From assembly GCF_000018105.1 (NCBI RefSeq), contig NC_009928.1:240001-272000 (forward strand): a stretch of DNA of 32,000 nucleotides, in the 5' to 3' direction. Under the pieces are notes generated by a model. It searched no databases. It saw nothing but the letters and a program-made list of their open reading frames with translations, and was not told the DNA's origin. Each line of letters opens with the position of its first letter. Position 1 is the stretch's first letter. Positions 1-8,078 of the stretch are shown in pieces. The stretch comes from Acaryochloris marina MBIC11017 (GTDB taxonomy: Bacteria > Cyanobacteriota > Cyanobacteriia > Thermosynechococcales > Thermosynechococcaceae). Both the position numbers and the translations under genes were made by a program.

Positions 1-72
1 AGCTCGCTAGAGATTGACGAGATAGATGTTGCAGTCCTTGATGATCTACTGAAAGATCTACAACAAGATTGA
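1..72 (+). CDS. 3' end of an ORF entering from upstream (partial; ...SSLEIDEIDVAVLDDLLKDLQQD*)
   Basis: The frame is open from the window edge to TGA at 70-72. There is no other support. Confidence 0.2.
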   Translation, partial: SSLEIDEIDVAVLDDLLKDLQQD

Positions 73-107
73 GGCTTGCAAATATTAATAGAAAAGATTA
101 ACCCTAT

Positions 108-599
108 ATGGATCCAATTAACCTAGCCCTCTGGAAAAACTTAGAAACTCGTCTCAATACTCCTTTCAGGAAGAATATGGTCGATCTTGTTTTGGAGATG
201 GCTCGTGACCGTACCACCGATCCGCATAAGATAGCGACTTGGATGGTGACTACTTCTACCTACATCTGTTATGCCATTTTCGGGACGAATAATCCCATGC
301 CCTTGCTCTCACTCTATATCCGAGCACTAGATACTCAGTATCCAGCCACCATGCAGAAAATATATGAAATATTATCCTATGAAGGTCTGGTGATATACGC
401 TCCCTCGTCTCTTAAACGTGACGACTTTACGAGTATTCTCTGGGCAGCTGGTTCGACCTTTGCTAACGGCGAATTGAAACTGATAGAAGACAAGATCCAT
501 ATCAACCCAAAGGGGTTACAGCGATTGAGATCGATTTGGCAAGCACCCACTAGGAAATGCAATAACCTTTCGGGCAACGCTGAGTATACAAGCCAATAG
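108..599 (+). CDS. hypothetical protein, 163 aa; paralog of 5525-6007
   Basis: ATG-initiated ORF. It aligns end to end with the 160-aa ORF at 5525-6007 (shared MDP..L..WKNLETRL..PFR.NM..L.LEMAR.RT.DP.KIATWM.TTS..IC.A.FG.N.P.PLLSLYIR). Protein-level conservation of the two diverged copies argues for real coding. I do not recognise the family. Confidence 0.7.
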   Translation: MDPINLALWKNLETRLNTPFRKNMVDLVLEMARDRTTDPHKIATWMVTTSTYICYAIFGTNNPMPLLSLYIRALDTQYPATMQKIYEILSYEGLVIYAPSSLKRDDFTSILWAAGSTFANGELKLIEDKIHINPKGLQRLRSIWQAPTRKCNNLSGNAEYTSQ

Positions 600-794
600 T
601 AAGGGTGGCGCATAGAGGCGAACAGCATAGACCTCTAAGATCAAATTAACCACCTCTCCACAAGCGGACGAGGTATCAAAGATCTTTCACTCCTAAACCG
701 TCGATTTGGATTGTAAGCGCAGTAATTCGCTGCAAGCAGTGGGGATGTACCCTTTCTAGATTCAACCATCCCCAGACTCAACTGAACGCGAAGT

Positions 795-1142
795 TCAATC
801 GTGCCAACAGCCACTACCTAGCTTGTAAAGAGTATGGGCAAATATACGTTCATCTCGTTCCTCAAGAATGTTCTCGACCTTAGCTCGATATCGCTGCAAC
901 AGACCATCCAGGTCTCTGGATGGTCTGTTGATCAATGCCGTTGGTGTTGTCTGACTTTCTTTGATGTGTGTTGCTACAAATTCTCCTCGCTGTTCACACG
1001 TAGGATATTTAACCAGCAACTGTTCGACAGTGGGCGGTCCAACATGCACAAAGTCGATGTAAAGGAATCCTGCAATCACGATTACAAGGGGAGCAATAAC
1101 TATCAAGAAGACTCCAATTGCATAATCGCTGAGTTTCTTCAT
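795..1142 (-). CDS. small membrane-anchored hypothetical protein, 115 aa
   Basis: ATG at 1142 is preceded by GAGGAGG 7 nt upstream on the minus strand. The N-terminal hydrophobic helix is IGVFLIVIAPLVIVIAGFLYI. It is the better-supported of two overlapping ORFs at this locus. Confidence 0.6.
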   Translation of the reverse strand: MKKLSDYAIGVFLIVIAPLVIVIAGFLYIDFVHVGPPTVEQLLVKYPTCEQRGEFVATHIKESQTTPTALINRPSRDLDGLLQRYRAKVENILEERDERIFAHTLYKLGSGCWHD

Positions 1143-1324
1143 GTTCGTGCCTCCTCAATTACTGGATATTGGCAGCCTGATGATTGGCATTGCTTGATTA
1201 TTGAGTCTCTCTTGGTTTCTGAATATCAACCCATTCAGCTTCATCAAGATTGCTGATGACATCACTGACCATTACCGAGAGAACTCTTGGCCCAATTTCA
1301 CTGTATCCAAGACGGCATCCCTTT

Positions 1325-1379
1325 GCTTATCCTCTGTCCTCACGGTAAATTGTCCCTGGAACTCACCAGGGGATAAGCG
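1325..1379 (+). promoter_or_regulatory. conserved structured 5' leader of the DUF4259 gene (copy 1)
   Basis: The block GCTTATCCTCTgTCCTCAcGGTAAATTgTCCCTGgAACTCA..CAGGGG is conserved with 4998-5047. An inner hairpin pairs CCCTGG (1354-1359) with CCAGGG (1366-1371) and overlaps the purine-rich SD-like AGGGGA. Outer pairing joins GCTTATCC (1325-1332) with GGATAAGC (1371-1378). Confidence 0.4.
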
Positions 1380-1778
1380 ATGAGCATATGGGGACCAGGC
1401 AGCTTCGAGAATGATGACGCACTAGACTGGGTGGCTGAACTGGCCGATTCTGATGACGACAATCCGATCATTGATGCTCTAAACACCGTCATCGACCAAG
1501 CAGACGAGTCCCCAGAAGCCCCTGATTGTGCGGTTGCCATTGCAGCGTTGGAGGTTGTGGCTGCATGGATGGGAGAACCCTCAGACGATTGCCCAGAGGA
1601 GGTGGAGGCATGGGTTGAAGGACGGCCAGCCCCACCCGCAACAATGATTTCTCAAGCGAGATATGTTGCCGAAGCCATTTCAGAAAAGTCTGACCTCAAA
1701 GAGTTGTGGAAGAATTCAGATGATTTTGAACTATGGCAAACTTCCGTGAATGATTTACTAGGCAGGTTGCTTTACTAA
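1380..1778 (+). CDS. DUF4259-like protein, 132 aa
   Basis: The N-terminal signature MSIWGPGSFENDDALDWVAEL matches my memory of the DUF4259 family (MG.WG.G.F.ND.A.D). It has a clear paralog at 5048-5452. Confidence 0.8.
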   Translation: MSIWGPGSFENDDALDWVAELADSDDDNPIIDALNTVIDQADESPEAPDCAVAIAALEVVAAWMGEPSDDCPEEVEAWVEGRPAPPATMISQARYVAEAISEKSDLKELWKNSDDFELWQTSVNDLLGRLLY

Positions 1779-1862
1779 AGAGGACAAAATTAACGACCCA
1801 AGCTGTTTGATGTAACGCAGGATCTGATAATTTGTCATCAATCCTCTGATTAAATCATCACC

Positions 1863-2291
1863 ATGACAAAGCAAGCTGAGTCCCCTCAATGGCAACCGAT
1901 CAGGGTAATGCACGAATGTATTCCGATGGTCGATGGCATGTTGGAGGAGGTGCAAAGCCAGCACAGCAATATGCTGGAAGCCCAGAAGAAACCTCATACG
2001 ATGGATGATGCCACCATTCAAAGGGTCATTGACGTTTACTCTGAGCAGCATGAATTCTTGTGGGTTTATAGGGAGCAGTTCTCTCGCTGGAAACAGGAAA
2101 GCCCCACACCTCAACAGTTGAAGGATATCAACAGGCTTGAGCAGCAGGTGGATAAAATTGACCAAGCGCTCACGGGCATTCTGAACATTGCAGATGACAT
2201 CAAAGGTAAAACCATCGATAGCATCCTGGGTAAAAGCGACATGGAGCTAGCTATGGATGTGCTGATGGGTAACCTGAAGATGCCTGAGTAG
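1863..2291 (+). CDS. hypothetical protein, 142 aa
   Basis: ATG ORF with protein-like composition, in the same orientation as its neighbours. The antisense ORF 1758-2165 looks like a shadow. No recognisable motif. Confidence 0.5.
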   Translation: MTKQAESPQWQPIRVMHECIPMVDGMLEEVQSQHSNMLEAQKKPHTMDDATIQRVIDVYSEQHEFLWVYREQFSRWKQESPTPQQLKDINRLEQQVDKIDQALTGILNIADDIKGKTIDSILGKSDMELAMDVLMGNLKMPE

Positions 2292-2337
2292 GGTTGCTAG
2301 CATGAGTCCAGATAATTGAACTGGGGAGATATTCCTA

Positions 2338-2580
2338 ATGCCCAGCACTCCAGATCCCATCAGAGGTATTCTCCTAAAAGACAAACCAGAAGGCATATCT
2401 CAGTGTGGGATGTCTCATGCAACTGTTGCCCAACATCTGTTCACAAATCAGTGGTATGAGCTATCTGCGAACGGGCAAGTCATTGGTTCGGCTCTGGACT
2501 TAGACTTTTATAAACAGGATGCTACTCAAGGGCAAAATTCTGGGTCTACTGTCAAAACAAAGGAATTATCGAAGGTTTAA
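2338..2580 (+). CDS. hypothetical protein, 80 aa
   Basis: ATG is preceded by GGGGAGA about 9 nt upstream. No family recognised. Confidence 0.45.
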   Translation: MPSTPDPIRGILLKDKPEGISQCGMSHATVAQHLFTNQWYELSANGQVIGSALDLDFYKQDATQGQNSGSTVKTKELSKV

Positions 2581-2754
2581 AGCTAGGTTGCTAACATAAT
2601 CACTCATTTTATTTCAATTAAAACTTCTTATGTAAAAATTCGATATCCAATGCCATCCTGACTAATTGGATCGGTTATCCGCTAGCCATAAACCTAAAAC
2701 TATATGCAATCATTTAGTGGTCATAATGATACTGCTAGAGAGATTTTTTAACTC

Positions 2755-3132
2755 ATGCCGAGAAAGAAAAAGCAAGCTAAACCCTTAACAGGAAAAGACT
2801 TAGTAGCCAAAGTAAAACAACTGAGTGATTACACTCGTGAAGAAAAAGCGAAAGCTTGCGGATACGTTTCTAATGACAAAGGTGGCTCTGAACGAATTAA
2901 AACTATCGCATTCCTCAATGCTCTTTTAGATGCAGAAGGAATTGATTTAGATAGCCAATCTTCCAATGGGAGCGGCGTTGGAGGACGAAGAGCAAGCTAT
3001 AAAGTTAGTGTGCAGACCAATGGCAATATTTTGGTGGGCCGTACTTATACCCAAGCACTAGAACTTGAGCCTGGGGATGAATTTGAAATCTCAGTAGGTC
3101 GCAAGCACATTCATTTGACCAAGGTTGCTTAA
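2755..3132 (+). CDS. cyanobacterial AbrB-like transcriptional regulator (cyAbrB / CalA-type, C-terminal SpoVT-AbrB domain)
   Basis: The sequence MPRKKKQAKPLTGKDLV..KACGY...IKTIAFLNALLDAEGIDLD...ASYKVSVQTNGNILVGRTYTQALELEPGDEFEISVGRKHIHLTKV matches the cyAbrB layout and size (~125 aa). A strong terminator follows. Confidence 0.8.
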   Translation: MPRKKKQAKPLTGKDLVAKVKQLSDYTREEKAKACGYVSNDKGGSERIKTIAFLNALLDAEGIDLDSQSSNGSGVGGRRASYKVSVQTNGNILVGRTYTQALELEPGDEFEISVGRKHIHLTKVA

Positions 3133-3149
3133 GAGTTTATCCAGTCAAT

Positions 3150-3195
3150 CAATAAACTCCCCTGTATAGTCTTGTACAGGGGAGTTTATTGATTG
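3150..3195 (+). terminator. intrinsic terminator after the cyAbrB-like gene
   Basis: Perfect 17-bp inverted repeat CAATAAACTCCCCTGTA / TACAGGGGAGTTTATTG with an 8-nt loop. The 3' side is T-rich. Confidence 0.75.
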
Positions 3196-3338
3196 TGTAA
3201 CCTCACTACATGGCAAACACAGAGGAGTATCTTTCCAACAATTGATATTCCCAGACCCAGTTATATTGCCCAGGTTCCCAGATACCCCCTATTACAATCC
3301 TTGCAGTACAATACTCGCAATCCTTTCAAGGTACTGTC

Positions 3339-3614
3339 ATGAATAAAGGCGAACTCGTTGACGCAATTGCTGAAAATACTGGCGTCACTAAGAAGCAAGC
3401 TGATACTACCCTTTCGGCTACTATTGAGACAATCGTTGATGCTGTTAGCTCTGGTGAAAAAGTTACTCTCGTTGGCTTCGGCAGTTTTGAAGCTAGAGAC
3501 CGCAAAGCTAGAGAGGGACGTAATCCTAAGACGGGTGAGAAAATGACTACACCAGCTTCCAAAGCACCTGTTTTCAGCGCTGGCAAGCTTTTCAAGGAAA
3601 AAGTAAAACCCTGA
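3339..3614 (+). CDS. hup: HU family nucleoid-associated DNA-binding protein, 91 aa
   Basis: MNKGELVDAIAE..GVTKKQAD.....I..I...V..GEKVTLVGFGSFE.R.R.AREGRNP.TGE....PA...P.F.AGK is the canonical HU/IHF signature. Confidence 0.92.
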   Translation: MNKGELVDAIAENTGVTKKQADTTLSATIETIVDAVSSGEKVTLVGFGSFEARDRKAREGRNPKTGEKMTTPASKAPVFSAGKLFKEKVKP

Positions 3615-3654
3615 TAGACTGAAGCATATCTATCATTCTATTTTCTACAATCTA

Positions 3655-3692
3655 GCTGGCAGATCTTCTTGTGATTCTGCCAGCTCTTTATT
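3655..3692 (+). terminator. intrinsic terminator after hup
   Basis: A 9-bp stem GCTGGCAGA / TCTGCCAGC with a 12-nt loop, followed by TCTTTATT. Confidence 0.65.
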
Positions 3693-3800
3693 AGGTGCGA
3701 TTACTTCCTCTGAGTTTCTTAAGAAATAACACAAGACCATTCCCATCTCTGGCATTTCAGGGTATTCCTCTACCAACGATGTTTGCAAGGCATCAAGCGG

Positions 3801-4622
3801 ATGATTCAAACTGACAGCACTGGCGCTTATCTCAAAGAAATCGGACGCTATCCCCTTCTATCCCACGAAGAAGAAATCCAACTTGCCAGACAAGCTAAAG
3901 CTGGAAACCTTCGGGCCAAACAACGGATGATCGAGTGCAATCTGCGCCTGGTCGTCTCCATTGCTAAAAAGCATCAGAATCGGGGCTTGCCATTCATGGA
4001 CTTAATCCAAGAAGGCAGCATCGGGCTGAGTCGAGCCGTTGAGAAGTTCGAGCCTGAGCAGGGGTATCGCTTCAGTACCTATGCCTATTGGTGGATTCGA
4101 CAGGGAATAACCCGCTCGATACAGAATAACAGTCGTGTGATTCGCCTCCCTGTGTGGCATTGGCAGACAGGAAACCAAATCAAACAGACTCAACGACAAC
4201 TCTCCCAAGAATTCGGTCGTGAGCCTACACTTGCTGAACTTGCTGAGGCAATGGAGATTGACCTCGACAAACTGAAGCAAAACATGCATCATCTTCAAGA
4301 TGTTCTCTCTCTCGATATGCAGGTTGGCAAGGAACAAGACACCACACTAGGAGAACTGATCGAAGCAGAACAATCGACACCAACCCATCTTGAACTGCTG
4401 AACCAGAGTGAAGAGGTATCGAGTTATTTATCACTCCTAGATGAACGGCAACGCTATGTGATTGTCCAGCGATATGGATTAGAAGATGGCGAAGCTAAGA
4501 CCATGCAAGATATTGGTCAGCAGCTTGGCGTCAGCCGGGAGCGGATTCGACAAATTATCAACAAAGCGATGAAGAAATTACAGAAAAACAGTGACCTAGC
4601 TACAGAAATCAAGACGGCCTAG
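3801..4622 (+). CDS. sigma-70 family RNA polymerase sigma factor (group-2-like, short N-terminus), 273 aa
   Basis: Region 2 reads [11 protein letters not shown]...[38 protein letters not shown]. Region 4.2 reads [27 protein letters not shown] chose the ATG at 3801; an in-frame TTG lies at 3783. Confidence 0.9.
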   Translation: MIQTDSTGAYLKEIGRYPLLSHEEEIQLARQAKAGNLRAKQRMIECNLRLVVSIAKKHQNRGLPFMDLIQEGSIGLSRAVEKFEPEQGYRFSTYAYWWIRQGITRSIQNNSRVIRLPVWHWQTGNQIKQTQRQLSQEFGREPTLAELAEAMEIDLDKLKQNMHHLQDVLSLDMQVGKEQDTTLGELIEAEQSTPTHLELLNQSEEVSSYLSLLDERQRYVIVQRYGLEDGEAKTMQDIGQQLGVSRERIRQIINKAMKKLQKNSDLATEIKTA

Positions 4623-4643
4623 TCCTCGCCAGGACCTAGGATA

Positions 4644-4757
4644 GAAAGAGCCCCCTAATGCTCATCAGCAGATCCAGGGGGCATACACCAGAATCATTAG
4701 GGTTCTCTGAAAACCCCACTCATAACCTATCAATCGAACCTGGGGAAATGCTGGGGG
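4644..4757 (+). repeat. interspersed intergenic repeat, copy A (CCCCCT...AGGGGG hairpin module plus 30-nt box CTATCAATCgAAccTGGGGAAATgcTGGGGG)
   Basis: Aligns by eye with 7343-7473 and 8338-8457. The 3' box also matches 8583-8612. Confidence 0.6.
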
Positions 4758-4798
4758 TCAGCGGATGCCTTGATACCTGTGCTAGCTAATATTAAGAA

Positions 4799-4948
4799 AT
4801 GGAACCCACCCTAGCCATATACAACGGCATCCCCATCGCCCCACCAACAGCCAAAACCCCAGACACCCCAAAGTCTCACCCCCAAGACAGCCCAGACCCA
4901 GGAAGTTCCTATGAGAGGACTTGGAAGGGAGCTTGTGCCTGTAATTGA
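4799..4948 (+). pseudogene. 49-codon ORF; degenerate paralog of the zinc-ribbon ORF at 8653-8859
   Basis: The N-terminus MEPTLAIYNGIPIAPP matches MKPTQAFYNGTPIAPP at 8653. It sits ~42 nt downstream of the same 30-nt box. It lacks the first CxxC and stops inside the region corresponding to the second (…WKGACACN*). It is below the ORF-track length cutoff. Confidence 0.35.
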
Positions 4949-4997
4949 TGTGGGAGCATGGGATACGGAGAAAACAGACTCTCCGACACTTACCTTG

Positions 4998-5047
4998 GCT
5001 TATCCTCTATCCTCAAGGTAAATTATCCCTGAACTCAAACAGGGGGT
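4998..5047 (+). promoter_or_regulatory. conserved structured 5' leader of the DUF4259 gene (copy 2)
   Basis: GCTTATCCTCTaTCCTCAaGGTAAATTaTCCCTGAACTCAaaCAGGGGG is homologous to 1325-1379. The inner hairpin CCCTG/CAGGG is retained. Confidence 0.4.
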
Positions 5048-5452
5048 ATGACGATGGGTGCATCAGGAGTTGGCAGTTTCGATAACGACGATGCAATGGA
5101 CTGGGTGGCTGAGCTAAAAGGCTACGCTGACGATAGCCCGATTGTTGATGCACTGAATACGGTCATCGATCAAGCTGATGACTACCTGGAAGCCCCGGAA
5201 TGCTTCAACGCCATCGCCGCTGCCGAGGTCGTCGCTGCACAGTCGGGCAACCCCCATGAGGACTGCCCAGAAGAAATTGAGGTATGGGTGGAGGGTCATC
5301 CTGCCCCCTCAGCGACGAGGGTTGCCCAGGCTCGACAGGCACTTGAGGTGATTCTAGCTGAGTCAGAACTCAAGGGACTTTGGAAAGACTCAGGTGGTTT
5401 GGATGAATGGCAGGGAGCGATGGAAGAGTTGCTATCCCGTTTACCTTACTGA
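5048..5452 (+). CDS. DUF4259-like protein, 134 aa (paralog of 1380-1778)
   Basis: MTMGASGVGSFDNDDAMDWVAEL... aligns along its whole length with the 132-aa copy. Confidence 0.8.
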   Translation: MTMGASGVGSFDNDDAMDWVAELKGYADDSPIVDALNTVIDQADDYLEAPECFNAIAAAEVVAAQSGNPHEDCPEEIEVWVEGHPAPSATRVAQARQALEVILAESELKGLWKDSGGLDEWQGAMEELLSRLPY

Positions 5453-5524
5453 GTATTGGTTTTAGAAGATTATTAGTCTATTTTGGGTATCCAAGGATAA
5501 AGCAAGTGAAAACCTCAAGCTCAA

Positions 5525-6007
5525 ATGGATCCGAATACTTTAGTCATCTGGAAAAACTTAGAGACTCGTCTAGATGTTCCCTTTAGGAATAATATGATGG
5601 CTCTCCTTTTGGAGATGGCACGAGAACGGACAGCCGATCCCCAAAAAATTGCCACCTGGATGTTGACCACGTCTGCTTGTATCTGCAATGCCGTGTTTGG
5701 CATCAATGATCCAGTGCCTCTGCTCTCTCTCTACATTCGAGTGTTATGTGATCACTATCCTCGAACCATGGAACAAATTGCGCAGATATATTCTTACGGC
5801 AGCTTGAAGCGATATGTCCCTGTTATTGCAGATCGCGATGAGTTCATTGGTATCCTCAGTGCAGCAGGCTCAACCTTTGCGAATGGTGAACTGATACTGA
5901 CGGATGGTGAAATCGATGTCAGCCAAAAAGGATTGGAGCGATTTCAATTGATCTGGAAAGCACCCGCCATGAAGCTTGAGAATCCTGGACCTTCAGTTTT
6001 ATGGTGA
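5525..6007 (+). CDS. hypothetical protein, 160 aa (paralog of 108-599)
   Basis: See the entry for 108-599. It lies directly downstream of the DUF4259 paralog on the same strand. Confidence 0.7.
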   Translation: MDPNTLVIWKNLETRLDVPFRNNMMALLLEMARERTADPQKIATWMLTTSACICNAVFGINDPVPLLSLYIRVLCDHYPRTMEQIAQIYSYGSLKRYVPVIADRDEFIGILSAAGSTFANGELILTDGEIDVSQKGLERFQLIWKAPAMKLENPGPSVLW

Positions 6008-6201
6008 TGTCTTAGTGATGGAAATAAAAGCTCCTCAAAATAGTCATTCTGGGGAGCTGTTCAAGTGAGGAGGTTCTCAAATACTGTTACAGAGAATCTC
6101 ATTACCGTTAGGGTGCCCATACCCGCTGTGTTTTTCTAGCTCAATTACAATCCTTAAAGATGCTCTAAGCTATTGTGTCTGCAACGTTCCAGGCCATTTA
6201 T

Positions 6202-6393
6202 ATGAACAAAAGCGAATTAGTCGATGTGATTGCTGGGAATATTGGAGTCACCATGAAGCAGGCTGACACTATCATCACAGCAATTACAGGAACCATCATC
6301 GAGATCGTCAGCTCTGGCGAGAAGATTTCTCTTGCTAAGTCTTTGACGCTCAAATTCTGCACACTATTCCGTCCGAACCGTCGCACCTATTAA
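6202..6393 (+). pseudogene. 3'-truncated HU gene fragment
   Basis: The first ~43 codons (MNKSELVDVIAGNIGVTMKQADTIITAITGTIIEIVSSGEKISL) parallel the intact HU at 3339. After ~6331 the reading frame yields unrelated sequence, and the DNA-binding arm (GFGSFE..R.GRNP) is missing. The upstream ATTACAATCCTT box is shared with the intact copy. Confidence 0.65.
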
Positions 6394-6801
6394 TAGACCT
6401 AGCCAAGATACAAACGCCTGACCAAGACGACTCGCGGCAAGTTCACAGCCGTAGATGAATATTTCAGCACCTTCTGTCAAATAGTCCTGCCATTGGCAAA
6501 TCTCATCTGCATAATCCCAAAGGTTATCTACATCTAAACGAGTTGTTCCTAATTCAAGATGATCAGGTCCACCTTTGCAAATCAGGTGGAGACAAGATAG
6601 TCCTTCAAATTGACTCAAGAGCGTTTTGATTTGGGCAATCCCATCCGTTTCAATATCGAGAATATGAACCTCTCGACCCAATAGTGGGCTAGCTAGCAAA
6701 TATTGGTAATTATCAATGGCAGTATCAACTACAACGAGGTAGGGAGTACTTTGGGAAAAGTTAATTGGAAAAGTTGGTTCGGTGCTTAAATTGGTAGTCA
6801 T
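6364..6801 (-). pseudogene. isolated DUF4347-like N-terminal domain (fragment of a giant surface/RTX-type protein gene)
   Basis: LVVVDTAIDNYQYLL......VHILD...DGI.QI...L.....L..LHLI..G.P..L.LG...L.......YA..I..W...L...A.I.IYGC..A....G..FV..L..L.GA.V matches my memory of DUF4347. That domain normally heads proteins of over 1000 aa. Here it stops after ~145 aa, abutting the HU fragment. Confidence 0.55.
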
Positions 6802-6950
6802 AGGGGCTAAGGTAGGTTTTATTGTCCCCCAGATACATGAGTTCGGCAGATTCAAAATTACCTCTCACAGTTTTCAGCATAATGGGCTGAGTCAGAGAAA
6901 TTGCCTCACCTTAGCCTCAGTTTTTCTCAGGTTCGTTTAGATTCTGCAAC

Positions 6951-6976
6951 AAAAAACCCCTGAAGCTATCAGGAGG
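6951..6976 (+). repeat. partial copy (E) of the hairpin module of the interspersed repeat
   Basis: AAAAAACCCCTGAAGCTATCAGGAGG versus GAAACCCCTCAAAGCTCTTCAGGAG at 8341. Confidence 0.4.
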
Positions 6977-7271
6977 TGTACACACAAAGAAGTTAATGAG
7001 AAGAAATTTAATAAATCTTGTAAGGGCAAGGCTGATCAGGAAAGATAGTCGATTCATTAACCTCACTCTTTCAGTGTGAGTCACGATGATTTGAGAACAT
7101 GTTTGCAGAGGTGAGTATTATGTATAACTTCTTGCTGAAGTTATTAAGAAGTATTATCAACAAATAGATTGCCAAATATCTCTATTCATAACCGGAGAGG
7201 AAAGAAAATTAAAGGCTGGTAGACTCAGTAGCAGAGTGAACGATGCGCTTCGTTCTCGTAATGCGAGTATG

Positions 7272-7311
7272 AAAACTGACAGGCACCACCACACACTGTC
7301 AGTTTTTTCTT
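7272..7311 (+). terminator. orphan intrinsic terminator (no ORF of 60 aa or more upstream on this strand)
   Basis: An 11-bp perfect stem AAAACTGACAG / CTGTCAGTTTT with a 13-nt loop, then TTCTT. The T-run is on the plus strand only. Confidence 0.6.
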
Positions 7312-7342
7312 GTAAACGATACCCCCTCGGAATGGCCCAAGA

Positions 7343-7473
7343 GAGAAAACCCCCCTCAAAGTACGGGGGACTCCAGGGGGTATACCGTTAAGAGTTTCAC
7401 CTTATAAACAAGGGGGACTCTGAGAAAAGCCCTTTCGGAAGATACCAATCAAATGTGTGGAAATGTTGGGGGG
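7343..7473 (+). repeat. interspersed intergenic repeat, copy B
   Basis: Reads GAGAAAACCCCCCTCAAAG..GGGGG..TCCAGGGGGTATACC ... GATACCAATCAAATGTGTGGAAATGTTGGGGGG. It lies upstream of the STAS gene. Confidence 0.6.
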
Positions 7474-7634
7474 ACGGAAATATTACTTTGTTCTTCCTTA
7501 AAGGTGTCCTTCCACTGTTTCCTTGTTATTAGAATCGGGAACTCTGTCTACACAATAACCGTGTGCTGATTGATGAGTCATCTCTACCCTCGCCTCACTC
7601 AACCTCAACAAAACTGAACCAGGAGGTTCAACAT

Positions 7635-7958
7635 ATGAGCTATGAAGTTTTTCAGCCTGCTGACCTGATGGACGGAATCAGTGCCAACCAATTACGCAGT
7701 GAGATTAACGATGCCCTAGCTAATGGTGTGACAACGATTCTGATAGATCTTAGAGATGTCACCTTTATGAATAGTTCCGCCATTGGTTCCTTAGTGGCTA
7801 CGCTTAAATCAGTGCGAGGAGAAGATGGCACCCTCTCGTTATGCTCACTGAATGATCAGGTTCGTATTATCTTTGAATTAACCAAAATGGACAATATTTT
7901 CGATATTTATGCAGATCGCCAAGAATTTATGCATAAAAATGGTATTTCCTCCAGCTAA
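7635..7958 (+). CDS. STAS-domain anti-sigma-factor antagonist (SpoIIAA/RsbV-like), 107 aa
   Basis: AGGAGG lies 8 nt upstream of the ATG at 7635. ILIDLRDVTFMNSSAIGSLVA...G.L.LCSLNDQVRIIFELTKMDNIFDIY is the STAS pattern, including the Ser of the DSSG-type phosphorylation motif. Confidence 0.85.
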   Translation: MSYEVFQPADLMDGISANQLRSEINDALANGVTTILIDLRDVTFMNSSAIGSLVATLKSVRGEDGTLSLCSLNDQVRIIFELTKMDNIFDIYADRQEFMHKNGISSS

Positions 7959-8078
7959 CCTCATCCAGGCTCTTATGAATCAAAGCTTTGTTCTCGGAAA
8001 AGGTTTCAGCCACAATGCAGAGGGTGAACTGATCATCTCTCCCCAGGTTGAGGCGTTTATCCACTCCATCATCTAGTG

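Noticed and set aside
742-775. Hairpin GGGGATG...CATCCCC as terminator of the 115-aa gene
   Set aside because: The loop is 19 nt and no T-run follows on either strand. That is too weak to call.
834-1256. 140-aa plus-strand ORF overlapping the 115-aa minus-strand gene
   Set aside because: Its composition is Cys/Ser/Phe-rich and unlike a protein. It has no SD. The opposite-strand ORF has a strong SD and a clean TM helix. It is most likely a shadow ORF.
1758-2165. 135-aa minus-strand ORF antisense to the 142-aa ORF
   Set aside because: It overlaps the end of the DUF4259 gene and most of the plus-strand ORF. The sequence is Leu/His/Arg-rich and shadow-like, and there is no SD.
3326-3595. 89-aa ORF antisense to hup (and 6198-6386 antisense to the HU fragment)
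   Set aside because: These are classic antisense shadows of a highly recognisable HU coding frame.
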